Virus record (IMG/VR): IMGVR_UViG_3300009094_001034
Coordinates: 1-64,000 of that record
Length of the DNA stretch: 64,000 nucleotides
Strand: one strand, 5' to 3'
Source: a virus
The notes below the pieces were generated by a model, which was not told the DNA's origin, did no database searches, and worked only from the letters and a program-made list of their open reading frames with translations. Below are positions 10,079-19,112 of this stretch, piece by piece; position 1 is the first letter of the stretch; every line of letters starts with the position of its first letter. Made by a program: the position numbers and the translations under genes.

Positions 10079-10456
10079 TCAGGAGGTGGGATCGGCAGGG
10101 GTGTCGGAGCCTTCCGGCTTCGGCGACAGGAACTGGATCGCGGCGACGGACACCTGCAGTTCCTTGGCCGCGGGTCCTTTCTCGCGCTTGCGATCGTGCT
10201 GCGCGAGCGCGCCCGTGATGAGCACGGCGCTGCCCTTGCCGAGGTACTTGTTCGCGGCGGTGGCACTGTCGCCCCAGGCTACGCAGTTCACGAAGGTCGT
10301 GACGGTTTCGCGGTCGCGGCCCGTCGAGCGGTTCAGCGCGACGGTGAATGCCGAGCCTTCGCGGTCTCCGGCAGCCTTGAGAGGGTGCGGGTCGGCGACA
10401 AGGCGGCCACAGATCGTGACCTGGTTCAGCTGCGGCAGCTTCAATGGCTGGGACAT
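10079..10456 (-). CDS. ssb: Single-stranded DNA-binding protein lacking an acidic tail
   Basis: LNQVTICGRLVADP, FVNCVAWG, YLGKGSAVLITGAL. Confidence 0.9.
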   Translation of the reverse strand: MSQPLKLPQLNQVTICGRLVADPHPLKAAGDREGSAFTVALNRSTGRDRETVTTFVNCVAWGDSATAANKYLGKGSAVLITGALAQHDRKREKGPAAKELQVSVAAIQFLSPKPEGSDTPADPTS

Positions 10457-10465
10457 GGCGTCTCC

Positions 10466-10975
10466 TTACGGAATCCCCGGCAGTTGTGACTGCTGGACCG
10501 TGTGCGGATCGAGGGAGGCGGAGAACGACGCGGGTTGTCGTGCGTCGCTCTGGCCGGCGACGGTGAGGTTGATCGTCTTCGCGGTGTCGTTGATGTCGAT
10601 CTTGAGTGTGAGCTTCGCGAGCGCGATCGGGCACACGTGGTCGTTCGGCATCTTCCAGCGACGATCCTTCGGAGTCATGACGTGATCGCCGTCGTCGTCC
10701 ACGAACAGGACGCACGGCTCTTCACGGTAGGTGCGCTGGATCGAGCCGTCGTCGCGCTTCGAGATCTCGATGAGCTCATGCAGTCCGACGATGACGCGGT
10801 GCGCGCCCGACGTTTCGCGGGCGACGACGAACGCGGTCTCGGCCTGCGCCCACTCGATCTGCCCGAGCACGGTCCACTGCGAGGACACCTGCTGGACCTT
10901 CTGGGTGGTGGAACACGACAGGAGCGTGAAACACGAGAGCAGCAACAGCGAGACGATGACTGAGACTCGACGCAT
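10466..10975 (-). CDS. Putative lipoprotein
   Basis: Signal peptide with LLSC lipobox; AGGAGG SD. Confidence 0.65.
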   Translation of the reverse strand: MRRVSVIVSLLLLSCFTLLSCSTTQKVQQVSSQWTVLGQIEWAQAETAFVVARETSGAHRVIVGLHELIEISKRDDGSIQRTYREEPCVLFVDDDGDHVMTPKDRRWKMPNDHVCPIALAKLTLKIDINDTAKTINLTVAGQSDARQPASFSASLDPHTVQQSQLPGIP

Positions 10976-11127
10976 AGCGACCTCCTAGTTGGCGCAAGGG
11001 GTTCTCCTGACTGATGGGTGGTGGGAAAGGACGCGGCGGGACTGCCTGATGGCTTAGGCGTACGCCGGAGTTGTCGCGCGGTCGAGGTGCACGCTAGGCT
11101 CGGGGTACTTCCTTCCCCGCATGCGCC

Positions 11128-11301
11128 ATGAAGTTCCTCGTCGCTATCGTCCTTATCGCCGTTGCCTACGTGTGGACCGTCTCCCTGAAGGCTCAGGGAA
11201 AGATCGGGAGCGTGTCGGGATTTCTCAAGACGATCTTTCTGGATGATGAGAAGGGCCTGAAGCTCACCGCCTGGATTGATAATCTCTTCCGCAAGCGTTA
11301 A
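11128..11301 (+). CDS. Small membrane protein (57 aa)
   Basis: MKFLVAIVLIAVAYVW..; below ORF-track cutoff. Confidence 0.55.
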   Translation: MKFLVAIVLIAVAYVWTVSLKAQGKIGSVSGFLKTIFLDDEKGLKLTAWIDNLFRKR

Positions 11302-11414
11302 TGCTTCGCCTCATCGCCCGTCTCTGCGTGTTCGCCGTCCTCGTGATGGTCGCCGTTTACGGCTACGCCTATTGGGCCGGATCGGCAGAAGTGGTGTGGA
11401 GGCCCTGGTCTTGA
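11301..11414 (+). CDS. Small membrane peptide (37 aa)
   Basis: TAATG coupling; hydrophobic. Confidence 0.45.
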   Translation: MLRLIARLCVFAVLVMVAVYGYAYWAGSAEVVWRPWS

Positions 11415-11462
11415 AAGTTAGACGGCCGAGGCGCAAGGTGGCGATGTAATTCCGACTGCACA

Positions 11463-11708
11463 ATGTCCGCAAAGCGCTATCCGTCGCAGAACCTCACCCG
11501 CCCCGAGATCATGGCGCGCCGAATTGCCGCGAATCAATGTGACGCATGCGGTGGCAGGGCTGAGGATCGCGAGATGTGGGGTCGGAGAGTGCGGGTCTGC
11601 GCGAACCCCGATGCGGACCACGGGTTCCACGAGGTTGGGAAGCGGGACGGAGCGGCGTTTAGCACTGGGCGGGTCTCCGCGAACGTGCCGGAGCAACTTC
11701 GCGTTTGA
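11463..11708 (+). CDS. Small Cys/His-containing protein
   Basis: CDAC...C...H. Confidence 0.45.
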   Translation: MSAKRYPSQNLTRPEIMARRIAANQCDACGGRAEDREMWGRRVRVCANPDADHGFHEVGKRDGAAFSTGRVSANVPEQLRV

Positions 11709-11770
11709 CCGCGCAATGGCTGTCGGAAGCCGTTCTTCGCGATAGCGCTAAACCATACTAGACAATGGGC

Positions 11771-11799
11771 TTGCACTATTGCGAGATCACAGTTATGAT
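11771..11799 (+). promoter_or_regulatory. Sigma70-type promoter
   Basis: TTGCAC-17 bp-TATGAT ahead of the small-gene cluster. Confidence 0.7.
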
Positions 11800-11898
11800 G
11801 AGTATGTTCTAAGAAACAAGCACCTTCACAACTCGGCCTTTCCACCGCGCTTTCTTCTGGGGAAGCCGCGGTCCCCAAGCCCATAAGACCCCACCCGT

Positions 11899-11988
11899 AT
11901 GACCAAGTTCGAAGTGGCCATCTCTGGCGCCTCGGTCCTTGTGGCCTATCTGCTCGGATTGGCCATCGGCGCGCTCCTGTTCTTCTAA
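11899..11988 (+). CDS. Small membrane peptide (29 aa)
   Basis: MTKFEVAISGASVLVAYLLGLAIGALLFF; C-rich leader. Confidence 0.5.
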   Translation: MTKFEVAISGASVLVAYLLGLAIGALLFF

Positions 11989-12006
11989 TTTCCACCTAAC
12001 ACAAAC

Positions 12007-12198
12007 ATGACGCTCATTCACATGCTCCCCATGGACACCCAAGTGGCCCTCCACAGTGCCTACCTGCGCGCACTCGAAGATGACCAGCGCGCAGCATTGA
12101 AGCGGTACCTTGAGACCGCCGACGAGAAGGCGCTGAAAGCGGCGAGCTCACTCCAGAGGAAAATCCACGCCGCTCGTGCGGAGTTTGTTGTCGCGTAA
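12007..12198 (+). CDS. Hypothetical protein
   Basis: 63-aa ORF, C/A-rich leader. Confidence 0.6.
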   Translation: MTLIHMLPMDTQVALHSAYLRALEDDQRAALKRYLETADEKALKAASSLQRKIHAARAEFVVA

Positions 12199-12202
12199 GG
12201 CG

Positions 12203-12433
12203 ATGACCGCCGCTATCCGCATCCCCCTTGTCTCGGCGTCCATTGGGATGCTCGCCTACGTCCTCGGCGCAGAGATTCTCCCAGTCCTCGGTGTCCCGCC
12301 GATCCCCACCATCAAGTTCGTGTGCATCCCGGTGATCCTCTGGATCGCCGGACTATGGATGGACAACCCCGACGCCAGCAATGCTATCGACGCAGAGCTC
12401 AATGCGGTTCTCCATGACCCTCTCTTCCAATGA
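12203..12433 (+). CDS. Membrane protein (2 TM)
   Basis: Two hydrophobic segments. Confidence 0.6.
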   Translation: MTAAIRIPLVSASIGMLAYVLGAEILPVLGVPPIPTIKFVCIPVILWIAGLWMDNPDASNAIDAELNAVLHDPLFQ

Positions 12434-12690
12434 CCTTCATCCTGACGGCAACAGAAGACCAACAGTTGCAGGAAATCTCGGAAGGCGTCGCGGAGCGGAT
12501 CATCGCTGCGTTCCTGCGGGATCACCGGGGCGCGGACGGCGATACTTCCCGCATCGTGGCGTCGCACATCGTGGCCGCCCTCGGCCCGAACTTCAACCAT
12601 TCCGCGCGCTATCAGAAGCCCGACAGGTCGCTTGCAGAGTTCCGCATCGCCGTGCGCTTCGACCCGCGCCCCGTTCCCACGAACTCCTAA
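12430..12690 (+). CDS. Hypothetical protein
   Basis: ATGA coupling. Confidence 0.6.
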   Translation: MTFILTATEDQQLQEISEGVAERIIAAFLRDHRGADGDTSRIVASHIVAALGPNFNHSARYQKPDRSLAEFRIAVRFDPRPVPTNS

Positions 12691-12699
12691 CCGCTCGCC

Positions 12700-12897
12700 A
12701 TGGCACTCTTCCTCTTCGGATCTGGACTCGTTCTCCTGGCGGTGCTCTTCCTCGGATGCCTCATGATTCGCGAGCTCGTGACGCTGCACCGTGACGTTCA
12801 TGCCCTCCGCGATCTTGGCAGGGCTGTCGGAGCTCAGGCGCGCAACCGCAGCGCAGACGAAGTCGCGGAGATCCTCAATAGCGCAGCTAACCTCTAA
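12700..12897 (+). CDS. Membrane protein
   Basis: N-terminal TM helix. Confidence 0.6.
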   Translation: MALFLFGSGLVLLAVLFLGCLMIRELVTLHRDVHALRDLGRAVGAQARNRSADEVAEILNSAANL

Positions 12898-12909
12898 CAA
12901 CACCAACCC

Positions 12910-13095
12910 ATGTACCTCTACGTCCTCGCCCTCGTGTGGGCGGCGTTCCTCATCCTGATGTGCCTCGGTATGTCAGTGATCCTCCGCGACCTCGTGTGGA
13001 ACCGTCCGCACCTCGCAATCTTCGGCACCATCCTCACCATGGTTCCTGCATTCCTCGCCGGATGCGCGCACCGCGCCCTCATCCTCCTCACCTAA
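12910..13095 (+). CDS. Membrane protein (2 TM)
   Basis: Highly hydrophobic 61 aa. Confidence 0.6.
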   Translation: MYLYVLALVWAAFLILMCLGMSVILRDLVWNRPHLAIFGTILTMVPAFLAGCAHRALILLT

Positions 13096-13102
13096 CAATC
13101 TT

Positions 13103-13240
13103 ATGAAGCAAGAGAACAAGGGCGCGGTCTACGCCGTCGTCATCCTGGCACTCCTCGGAGTCCTCGCGCTCGTCTCAGACATGAAAGCATTCGACATCGG
13201 CACGATGGCCAACCCGAACGTCATCACACTGCGCGACTAA
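13103..13240 (+). CDS. Small membrane protein (45 aa)
   Basis: MKQENKGAVYAVVILALLGVLALV.. Confidence 0.5.
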   Translation: MKQENKGAVYAVVILALLGVLALVSDMKAFDIGTMANPNVITLRD

Positions 13241-13283
13241 CGTCGCCCGAACACACACCTCCAATCCCATTTCGCATCACCCC

Positions 13284-13646
13284 ATGAAGCACAATCACTC
13301 TGAGGTCGTGGAGTACGCCCCGCGTACGGCGCCCCCCTGGAAGACCATACTCGCCCTCGTGTTCGTTCTCGGTATCACCATAGGAGGTGCGGTCGGCTAC
13401 GCGCACTACACGTCCTACGACCAGCGCATCATGCGCACCGAGTTCGCCCACAAGAACGCTGTCGCCCAACAGGCGAAGTGGAATACCGAGGAAGAGCAGG
13501 CGCGCAAGGCGGCGCGAGGACTCGTATTCGCCCGCTGTTCCCGACGCGCGGACGAAGACCGAGCCATCGGCACGCCGGAGATCAACTGCGACGCCGTGGC
13601 CGATGCCTACGAGAAGTCTTTACTCGCGGCGGGGACGGTCCAGTAG
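13284..13646 (+). CDS. Membrane-anchored protein; probably the N-terminal part of the frameshifted CHAP-3D gene
   Basis: TM helix; a -1 shift at GGGG 13631-13634 joins it to the CHAP frame. Confidence 0.6.
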   Translation: MKHNHSEVVEYAPRTAPPWKTILALVFVLGITIGGAVGYAHYTSYDQRIMRTEFAHKNAVAQQAKWNTEEEQARKAARGLVFARCSRRADEDRAIGTPEINCDAVADAYEKSLLAAGTVQ

Positions 13647-14482
13647 CCGCCCGTAAGCCCATCCCTGCAATCGGCATCCCGATCGCGCTCGCGGACTTCG
13701 AGGACCCCGTCGTCCTTTCGCCCCAAGACTGGGACGGCGATGCGCCAGTGTCCGCCGAACAGACCAATCGCGGACCCGATTACCCTCCCGGCCAGTGCAC
13801 GTGGTTTGCGGCCCAGCGGTTCGCGGAGGTCACGGGCTCGAACGCGCTCTACTTCCCACGTCCGAACAACCGCGTGCGTCATGCGAAGGTCTGGCCGCAA
13901 CTCGCGGAGGAAGCAGGGCTCACCGTGCGCCACGAACCGAAGGCTGGTGCCGTCGCTGTGTTTCTCGGTGGACATTTCACGACGTACGGCCACGTCGGAT
14001 ATGTCGAGAGCATCGACGGCGACACGATGCGCGTGTCGCAGCACAATTGGCCGCATCCGCTGGCCTTCTCCATCGGGGTGTACAACACGAGTGACGCGGA
14101 CTGGTTCATCTACCCGCCCGAGACGAACGTCGCTCCGAAGGTGGGGCGATCTGCCACGCTCTCTCTCGTCACCACCTACAACCCCGAGGTCGGACAGAAC
14201 GACGCTGATCCGTGGACGGGAGCTGCCGGGAAGCGCATGGCCGAAGGCATGATGGCGCTGTCGCGCGATCTCCTCGCCCCCACGAAAGCGCACCCCGAAT
14301 GGCGCGGCCAGATCCCGTACGGCACGCGCGTGCAGTTCTCGGCTCCCGGCCAAGACGCACGTTGCAATCAGAGCTACGTCGTGCAGGACACGATGAACAA
14401 GCGCTACACGAAACGCGGCGACGTGTTCCGCGTCCGGCGCAAGGACAACTTCTCCTGCAGGAACGTCACGATCACATGGTGA
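13631..14482 (+). CDS. CHAP amidase plus 3D-domain cell-wall hydrolase
   Basis: GQCTWFA...YGHVGYVE...SQHN (CHAP); TTYN...NDADP...ALSRD...PYGT...DTMNKRY...D (3D); start uncertain (frameshift fusion or GTG 13748). Confidence 0.8.
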   Translation, partial: GDGPVAARKPIPAIGIPIALADFEDPVVLSPQDWDGDAPVSAEQTNRGPDYPPGQCTWFAAQRFAEVTGSNALYFPRPNNRVRHAKVWPQLAEEAGLTVRHEPKAGAVAVFLGGHFTTYGHVGYVESIDGDTMRVSQHNWPHPLAFSIGVYNTSDADWFIYPPETNVAPKVGRSATLSLVTTYNPEVGQNDADPWTGAAGKRMAEGMMALSRDLLAPTKAHPEWRGQIPYGTRVQFSAPGQDARCNQSYVVQDTMNKRYTKRGDVFRVRRKDNFSCRNVTITW

Positions 14483-14796
14483 CGCCTGTCGTCCTCGCCG
14501 CGTTCTTCCAACTCTGGGCGCGACAGATGGGATGTCCTGATATGACAATGATCGCAAGGTACGAGTCCCCGAATGTTGCGGCATGGGAATCCATGACGGA
14601 CGAAGAGAAGCGCGAGAACCCCTGGGGACTTCGCGTGGAGAGTTCGGACGCCTGCGGACACGTCCTCCAACTGTTCGACAGCATCTATCTTCCACAGAAT
14701 GAGACGAAGAACCTCGTTCCCCTCTTGGATGGAGGCCGGGTGTACGACGCCCCGAGTATCTACGTTGTCACCCAGAACGTGACCGCCGAGGACTAG
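14476..14796 (+). CDS. Hypothetical protein, possibly lysozyme/glucosaminidase-like
   Basis: IARYES...NPWGL motif; lies among wall hydrolases. Confidence 0.4.
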   Translation: MVTPVVLAAFFQLWARQMGCPDMTMIARYESPNVAAWESMTDEEKRENPWGLRVESSDACGHVLQLFDSIYLPQNETKNLVPLLDGGRVYDAPSIYVVTQNVTAED

Positions 14797-14888
14797 CCGC
14801 CTCGGCGGTCTTCGGGTAGGTTGGAGGCGTCGCGGAACACTCGTTCGCCGTTTCGCCGCACCCGAGTCCAACCTCCAACCCCGTCCAG

Positions 14889-15431
14889 ATGCGCGATTTG
14901 CGTACGTTGTCTGTACCCGCCCGCTCGCTTCTCTCACTCCTCGTTCTCCTCGCGCCCCACATTGCGCTCGCACAGGGCGCCTCGCCGCTCAGCACAGCCG
15001 ACGTGCCGCAACGGGAAGACCCCCCGTTAGAACAGCCCTTCCTCGATACAGAGACTCCCGTTACGTGGGAGGACACGCAACTCGCACCGAATCCTCTTCG
15101 CCTCACCGAACCCACGGGTGATGTTTGGCGCGGCTTCGTGCGTGGGCACTGCACGGCCTATGTTGCCAGTCGTCGCAGAATCACGTTCCGCGGCGATGCG
15201 AAGCGCTGGCCCTTGAACGCGGTGAAAGCCGGGTATCGGCTGTCGGATACCCCAGTGGTCGGAGCCGTGGTCGTTACCCGCGAGTCGCGGTACGGCCACG
15301 TCGCGTACGTCGAGCAGGTGCACACGGACGGGTCCTTCACCGTGTCCGAAATGAACTACCTCGGACGGTACAGAATCTCTACGCGCACGCTCTCCGTCGT
15401 AGATCGTCGGATCGTCACATTTATTCTCTGA
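14889..15431 (+). CDS. Secreted CHAP-domain amidase
   Basis: Signal peptide; GHCTAYV...GDAKRW...YGHVAYVE...SEMNY. Confidence 0.9.
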   Translation: MRDLRTLSVPARSLLSLLVLLAPHIALAQGASPLSTADVPQREDPPLEQPFLDTETPVTWEDTQLAPNPLRLTEPTGDVWRGFVRGHCTAYVASRRRITFRGDAKRWPLNAVKAGYRLSDTPVVGAVVVTRESRYGHVAYVEQVHTDGSFTVSEMNYLGRYRISTRTLSVVDRRIVTFIL

Positions 15432-15739
15432 GTTGACCGTCACGCAACGCGCCGTGACGCTTCGTCTGCGCATCGCGCGATCCGCACTCTCTCGCGGCAC
15501 TCCAGGTGCGTCCAACGGCAGTCACCCCTTCGCCATTCGGCTGGGGTGATTTGCCGATGTCCTCGACGCGATGTCTAGTCGATGTCCGCGTGCGCCGATT
15601 GAATTCCACCGGCAATACCGTTACGTAGAAGGCACGTCCTCAAACGAAACACGACTTGCCGGTCTCCCCTCGCGCGGCCACCGGCCGTGTGACCCCGCAG
15701 CGCAACACGTCCGCCGACGCCCGATGGAAGCATGTCGGG

Positions 15740-16273
15740 ATGGCGGCCGGTCCCGAAGAGGCAACCTCGGATCGAGTCGTGTACGCCGCGAGCGTCTCCG
15801 ACGCCCGCCTGCCCGAGGCGATGCTGCGCGAGTGCATCAACCGCCACCACGTGAAGCCAGCGACCGATGGTCTCTGGCATTTTGAGCAGCGTGCGCGGAT
15901 CGGCACGGGAAACTTCGTCCTCCAACTCCGTCCGAGGGAACTGGAATGGTTCGAGTTGGCGCCCAGCATCGTTGCGATCAACGGCTTCGATGAGAAGGGC
16001 CGGGCGCGGCGCATGGGCGCGACGCAAGGGAAGACGCTGCAGCACGCGGTCCGCGACCTCGGGAACGCGACCGTCCACAGCGCCATCTTCGCGTCCTGCG
16101 CGCAGATCGAGCACGACGACTGGCCGGCGTACCTGCGCATGTGGACGAATGGCGAATCCGTCTTTGTCCGAAAGATCTTCACGACCGACATCTGGGCGAG
16201 GTTTCCCCGCGCGGTCGTGCAACAGATCCGACAGCACCCGCAACTGTTCGGCTTCAAACCCTACGCAGCATGA
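15740..16273 (+). CDS. Hypothetical protein
   Basis: ORF coupled (ATGA) to the kinase; start uncertain. Confidence 0.55.
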   Translation: MAAGPEEATSDRVVYAASVSDARLPEAMLRECINRHHVKPATDGLWHFEQRARIGTGNFVLQLRPRELEWFELAPSIVAINGFDEKGRARRMGATQGKTLQHAVRDLGNATVHSAIFASCAQIEHDDWPAYLRMWTNGESVFVRKIFTTDIWARFPRAVVQQIRQHPQLFGFKPYAA

Positions 16274-16890
16274 CACCGCTTCGCATCGCCATCGTCGGAG
16301 AACGAAGTTCCGGCAAAGACACGTGTTCGGATTACCTCGTCGCAAAGTACGGCTGCGCGAAGATCGCCCTAGCGACGCCGATGAAAGCGTGCCTCGCCGG
16401 CGGACTTCAGGCGCTTGTCGAGAGTTGCTCGACGTCGTGGAAGTATCGCTGGATCGTGCCGCTCCTGCGTCGCGCCATTCGGGAGAAGGGCGTGATGCGA
16501 AAGCCCATGCAGGAAGGTGGACTCGCGATGCGCCGCGTCGATCCGGAGATCCTCGTCCGATCGATGATCGAGCGTCACGATGTCCCGTGCGACGAGCGCG
16601 TGACCGGGTTCGTCGTCACGGACACGCGCTACCCGAATGAGGCCGACGCGCTGCGTAATCTCGGCTTCACGATTGTGCGTATCACCGCGCCGGCGGAGGT
16701 GCGAAAGGCCCGCGCCCTATCTCGCGGCGACGGATCGTGGAACGACGACGACGCGTTGCACGCATCCGAAGTTGAGCAGGCGGGCATCCGAGCCGATTAC
16801 ACCATCGACAACTCGACCGACGACCCCACCCCGATGCTCGCCATCCTCACTTCTATCGCCGACACTCATGTCGCTCGCCCCTCCTTCTAG
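16270..16890 (+). CDS. Deoxynucleoside monophosphate kinase
   Basis: IAIVGERSSGKDT, ALATPMK, DTRYPNE, HASE. Confidence 0.85.
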   Translation: MTPLRIAIVGERSSGKDTCSDYLVAKYGCAKIALATPMKACLAGGLQALVESCSTSWKYRWIVPLLRRAIREKGVMRKPMQEGGLAMRRVDPEILVRSMIERHDVPCDERVTGFVVTDTRYPNEADALRNLGFTIVRITAPAEVRKARALSRGDGSWNDDDALHASEVEQAGIRADYTIDNSTDDPTPMLAILTSIADTHVARPSF

Positions 16891-17053
16891 CCCTGCATGG
16901 GTACACAACGCGGTGCTCGCCCTCGGGCTGCTGCTCCTCGCCGGAGGACTGATCATCTTCGCGCGCTTCTTCGTGGTGATTCTCTACGCAGCGCTGGGTG
17001 CCGTGTTGATCAGCATCGGTGTCGCCGTTCTCAAACGCATACTCCAACGCTGA
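16868..17053 (+). CDS. Small membrane protein
   Basis: Two TM segments. Confidence 0.55.
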   Translation: MSLAPPSSPAWVHNAVLALGLLLLAGGLIIFARFFVVILYAALGAVLISIGVAVLKRILQR

Positions 17054-17595
17054 TGTCCTGGGTCGATCTGCAGAAATACGCAAGCAAGAAAATCACGCTG
17101 ACGACGCGCGATCTGTCGTACCAGGGCCGCGGCTTCATTGTTCGTAAGCATGCTCTGGCGTGGATCTGGTACCTCCTGGTGGTTGCCGCGTGGACAGTGG
17201 GCGTGTTTGGAGGCCTCGTGGCACTCCATGTGGTCGGCGTGCTCGCGCCGCTCCCCGCGTTCTGGACGCGCGTCGCGCTCATCTTCGCCATCCTGTTCGT
17301 CGCGAAGATCGCGATCCTTCGCTACCGGATCACCGCGCTCGAGTTCCTGCTGATCACGCCGGACACGGTGTTCTGCTCCGAGGTGCAGCACTGGTTCGTC
17401 CAGGTCGTCGATCCAATTGAGTTGAGCTCCATCAATCGCCTCGATACCGACGAACAGTCGGCATGGCTTCCGGGCGTGCGCATCGTGCGTCTCAACACTG
17501 CGGGCGACGACGCGGACAAGACGATGACGTTCACGGGCGGGGGCGACCGCATCACCGCGGCGTGGCAGATCCTCCGACAGCGTCGACGGCGATAG
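17053..17595 (+). CDS. Membrane protein with bacterial PH-like C-terminal domain
   Basis: 2 TM then LLITPD..IELSSI..LNTAG pattern. Confidence 0.55.
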   Translation: MSWVDLQKYASKKITLTTRDLSYQGRGFIVRKHALAWIWYLLVVAAWTVGVFGGLVALHVVGVLAPLPAFWTRVALIFAILFVAKIAILRYRITALEFLLITPDTVFCSEVQHWFVQVVDPIELSSINRLDTDEQSAWLPGVRIVRLNTAGDDADKTMTFTGGGDRITAAWQILRQRRRR

Positions 17596-17630
17596 CCGCT
17601 CTCACCTCATTCATTCATTCCTCATCCCAC

Positions 17631-19028
17631 ATGCCTGATACGACGAAGCCGATCTTCAAACGAGTCCCCGGAATCGACGAATACTGGGTGACCCAGCGAC
17701 AGGTGCACGGCCTCGGTGCAGGCGACATCGCGCGGCAGAGCCAGACCGTCTACAAACTCCCGATCACGCCGAGTCAGGTGGAGAAGCGGCTGAAGAAACT
17801 CGGAAAGTGGACGCTGGCGGAGCTCCCCGCGATGGCGATTCCGGCAGACCTGCTTGTACCACCGGGCGGATTCGCGACATCCGTCGTGAGTCCGAAACAG
17901 AAGCACCCGGAGGGATGGGAGCCTCACGTAGAGACGGAAGGAGATGAGGGCACGCTGATTTCGCAGCCGACCGAGAACACGACAGCGAACGAACGCGAGT
18001 TGATTGAAGGATGGCAGCTCAACCCCGATGAGTGGGCGATCATCGGAAACATCGGCGTGCGCCGATGGCAGACGTTCGACGGCCGATACCTTCATTACTT
18101 CAAAGCTCAACTGCGCCGGAAGACATCAAGCCATGTCCTCGACATCGAGAAGCTCTGTGAAGAGATCAAGAAGTTCAAAGCCCCGAAGCGCGAAACCGTG
18201 AAGGGCGATCGCGCCTTCGTGGTGAACATCTCCGATACGCAAATGGGGAAAGATGACGGCGATGGGACGCCTGGCATCATCGGTCGGTGGCAGCGTGCGA
18301 TCCCCGCGGTTGCGGAACGCCTGCACATGCTGCGCAAGATGGGTGAGCCGATTGGGCCACTGTATGTCTTCGGACTCGGTGACTTGATCGAGAACGTCAG
18401 CGAGTTCTACCCGCAACAGACGTTCCGCGTGCAGCTCAACTTGCGCGACCAAGTCAAAGTCGTTCGCCGGCTTCTGGTGAAGTCGCTCGAAGCGTGGGCA
18501 CCGCTCGCGGAGCGCGTCGTTGTTGCGGCCATCGCAGGCAATCACGGGGAGAACCGCCGAGACGGAAAGAGCTTCACCGACTTCGCGGACAATCACGATG
18601 TCGCGGTCTTCGAGCAGCTGCAAGAAATTCTCGCTGCGAACCCAACTGCGTATGGCCACGTGTCGTTCGTCCTTCCGAATGACAAACTCGATCTCACGCT
18701 CGACGTGCAGGGAACAATTACGGGCCTCACGCATGGGCATCAGGCCGGCAAGGGAAATGGCGCCGCCATGAAGCTCATGAACTGGTGGAAGGACCAAGCG
18801 CACGGGATGCAGCCCATCGGCGACGCACAACTACTGCTCAGCGGGCACTATCACTATTTGTCGGTGACGCAGACTGGCGCGAAGACGCACATTCAAGCGC
18901 CGTCGCTGGATGGCGGCTCTGAGTGGTGGCGCAACTGCACGGGTCAGGATGCGCCTCCGGGCATGCTCACGCTGACTGTGGGTAGCAACACGGGTCCTTC
19001 CGGCTGGAACAATCTGCTTGTCGTGTGA
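17631..19028 (+). CDS. Calcineurin-like metallophosphoesterase (phage Mre11-like)
   Basis: SDTQMG, GDLIE, GNHG, HGH, GHYH motifs. Confidence 0.85.
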   Translation: MPDTTKPIFKRVPGIDEYWVTQRQVHGLGAGDIARQSQTVYKLPITPSQVEKRLKKLGKWTLAELPAMAIPADLLVPPGGFATSVVSPKQKHPEGWEPHVETEGDEGTLISQPTENTTANERELIEGWQLNPDEWAIIGNIGVRRWQTFDGRYLHYFKAQLRRKTSSHVLDIEKLCEEIKKFKAPKRETVKGDRAFVVNISDTQMGKDDGDGTPGIIGRWQRAIPAVAERLHMLRKMGEPIGPLYVFGLGDLIENVSEFYPQQTFRVQLNLRDQVKVVRRLLVKSLEAWAPLAERVVVAAIAGNHGENRRDGKSFTDFADNHDVAVFEQLQEILAANPTAYGHVSFVLPNDKLDLTLDVQGTITGLTHGHQAGKGNGAAMKLMNWWKDQAHGMQPIGDAQLLLSGHYHYLSVTQTGAKTHIQAPSLDGGSEWWRNCTGQDAPPGMLTLTVGSNTGPSGWNNLLVV

Positions 19029-19047
19029 CTTCGTCTTGACAGTCGCG

Positions 19048-19076
19048 TTGCACTATGACGTCTGCGAGCGTACGGT
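19048..19076 (+). promoter_or_regulatory. Putative promoter
   Basis: TTGCAC-17 bp-TACGGT; shares TTGCACTAT with the 11771 promoter. Confidence 0.5.
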
Positions 19077-19112
19077 TGATGCGCAACCTCCCACCCATTC
19101 ATCCTCACCACC

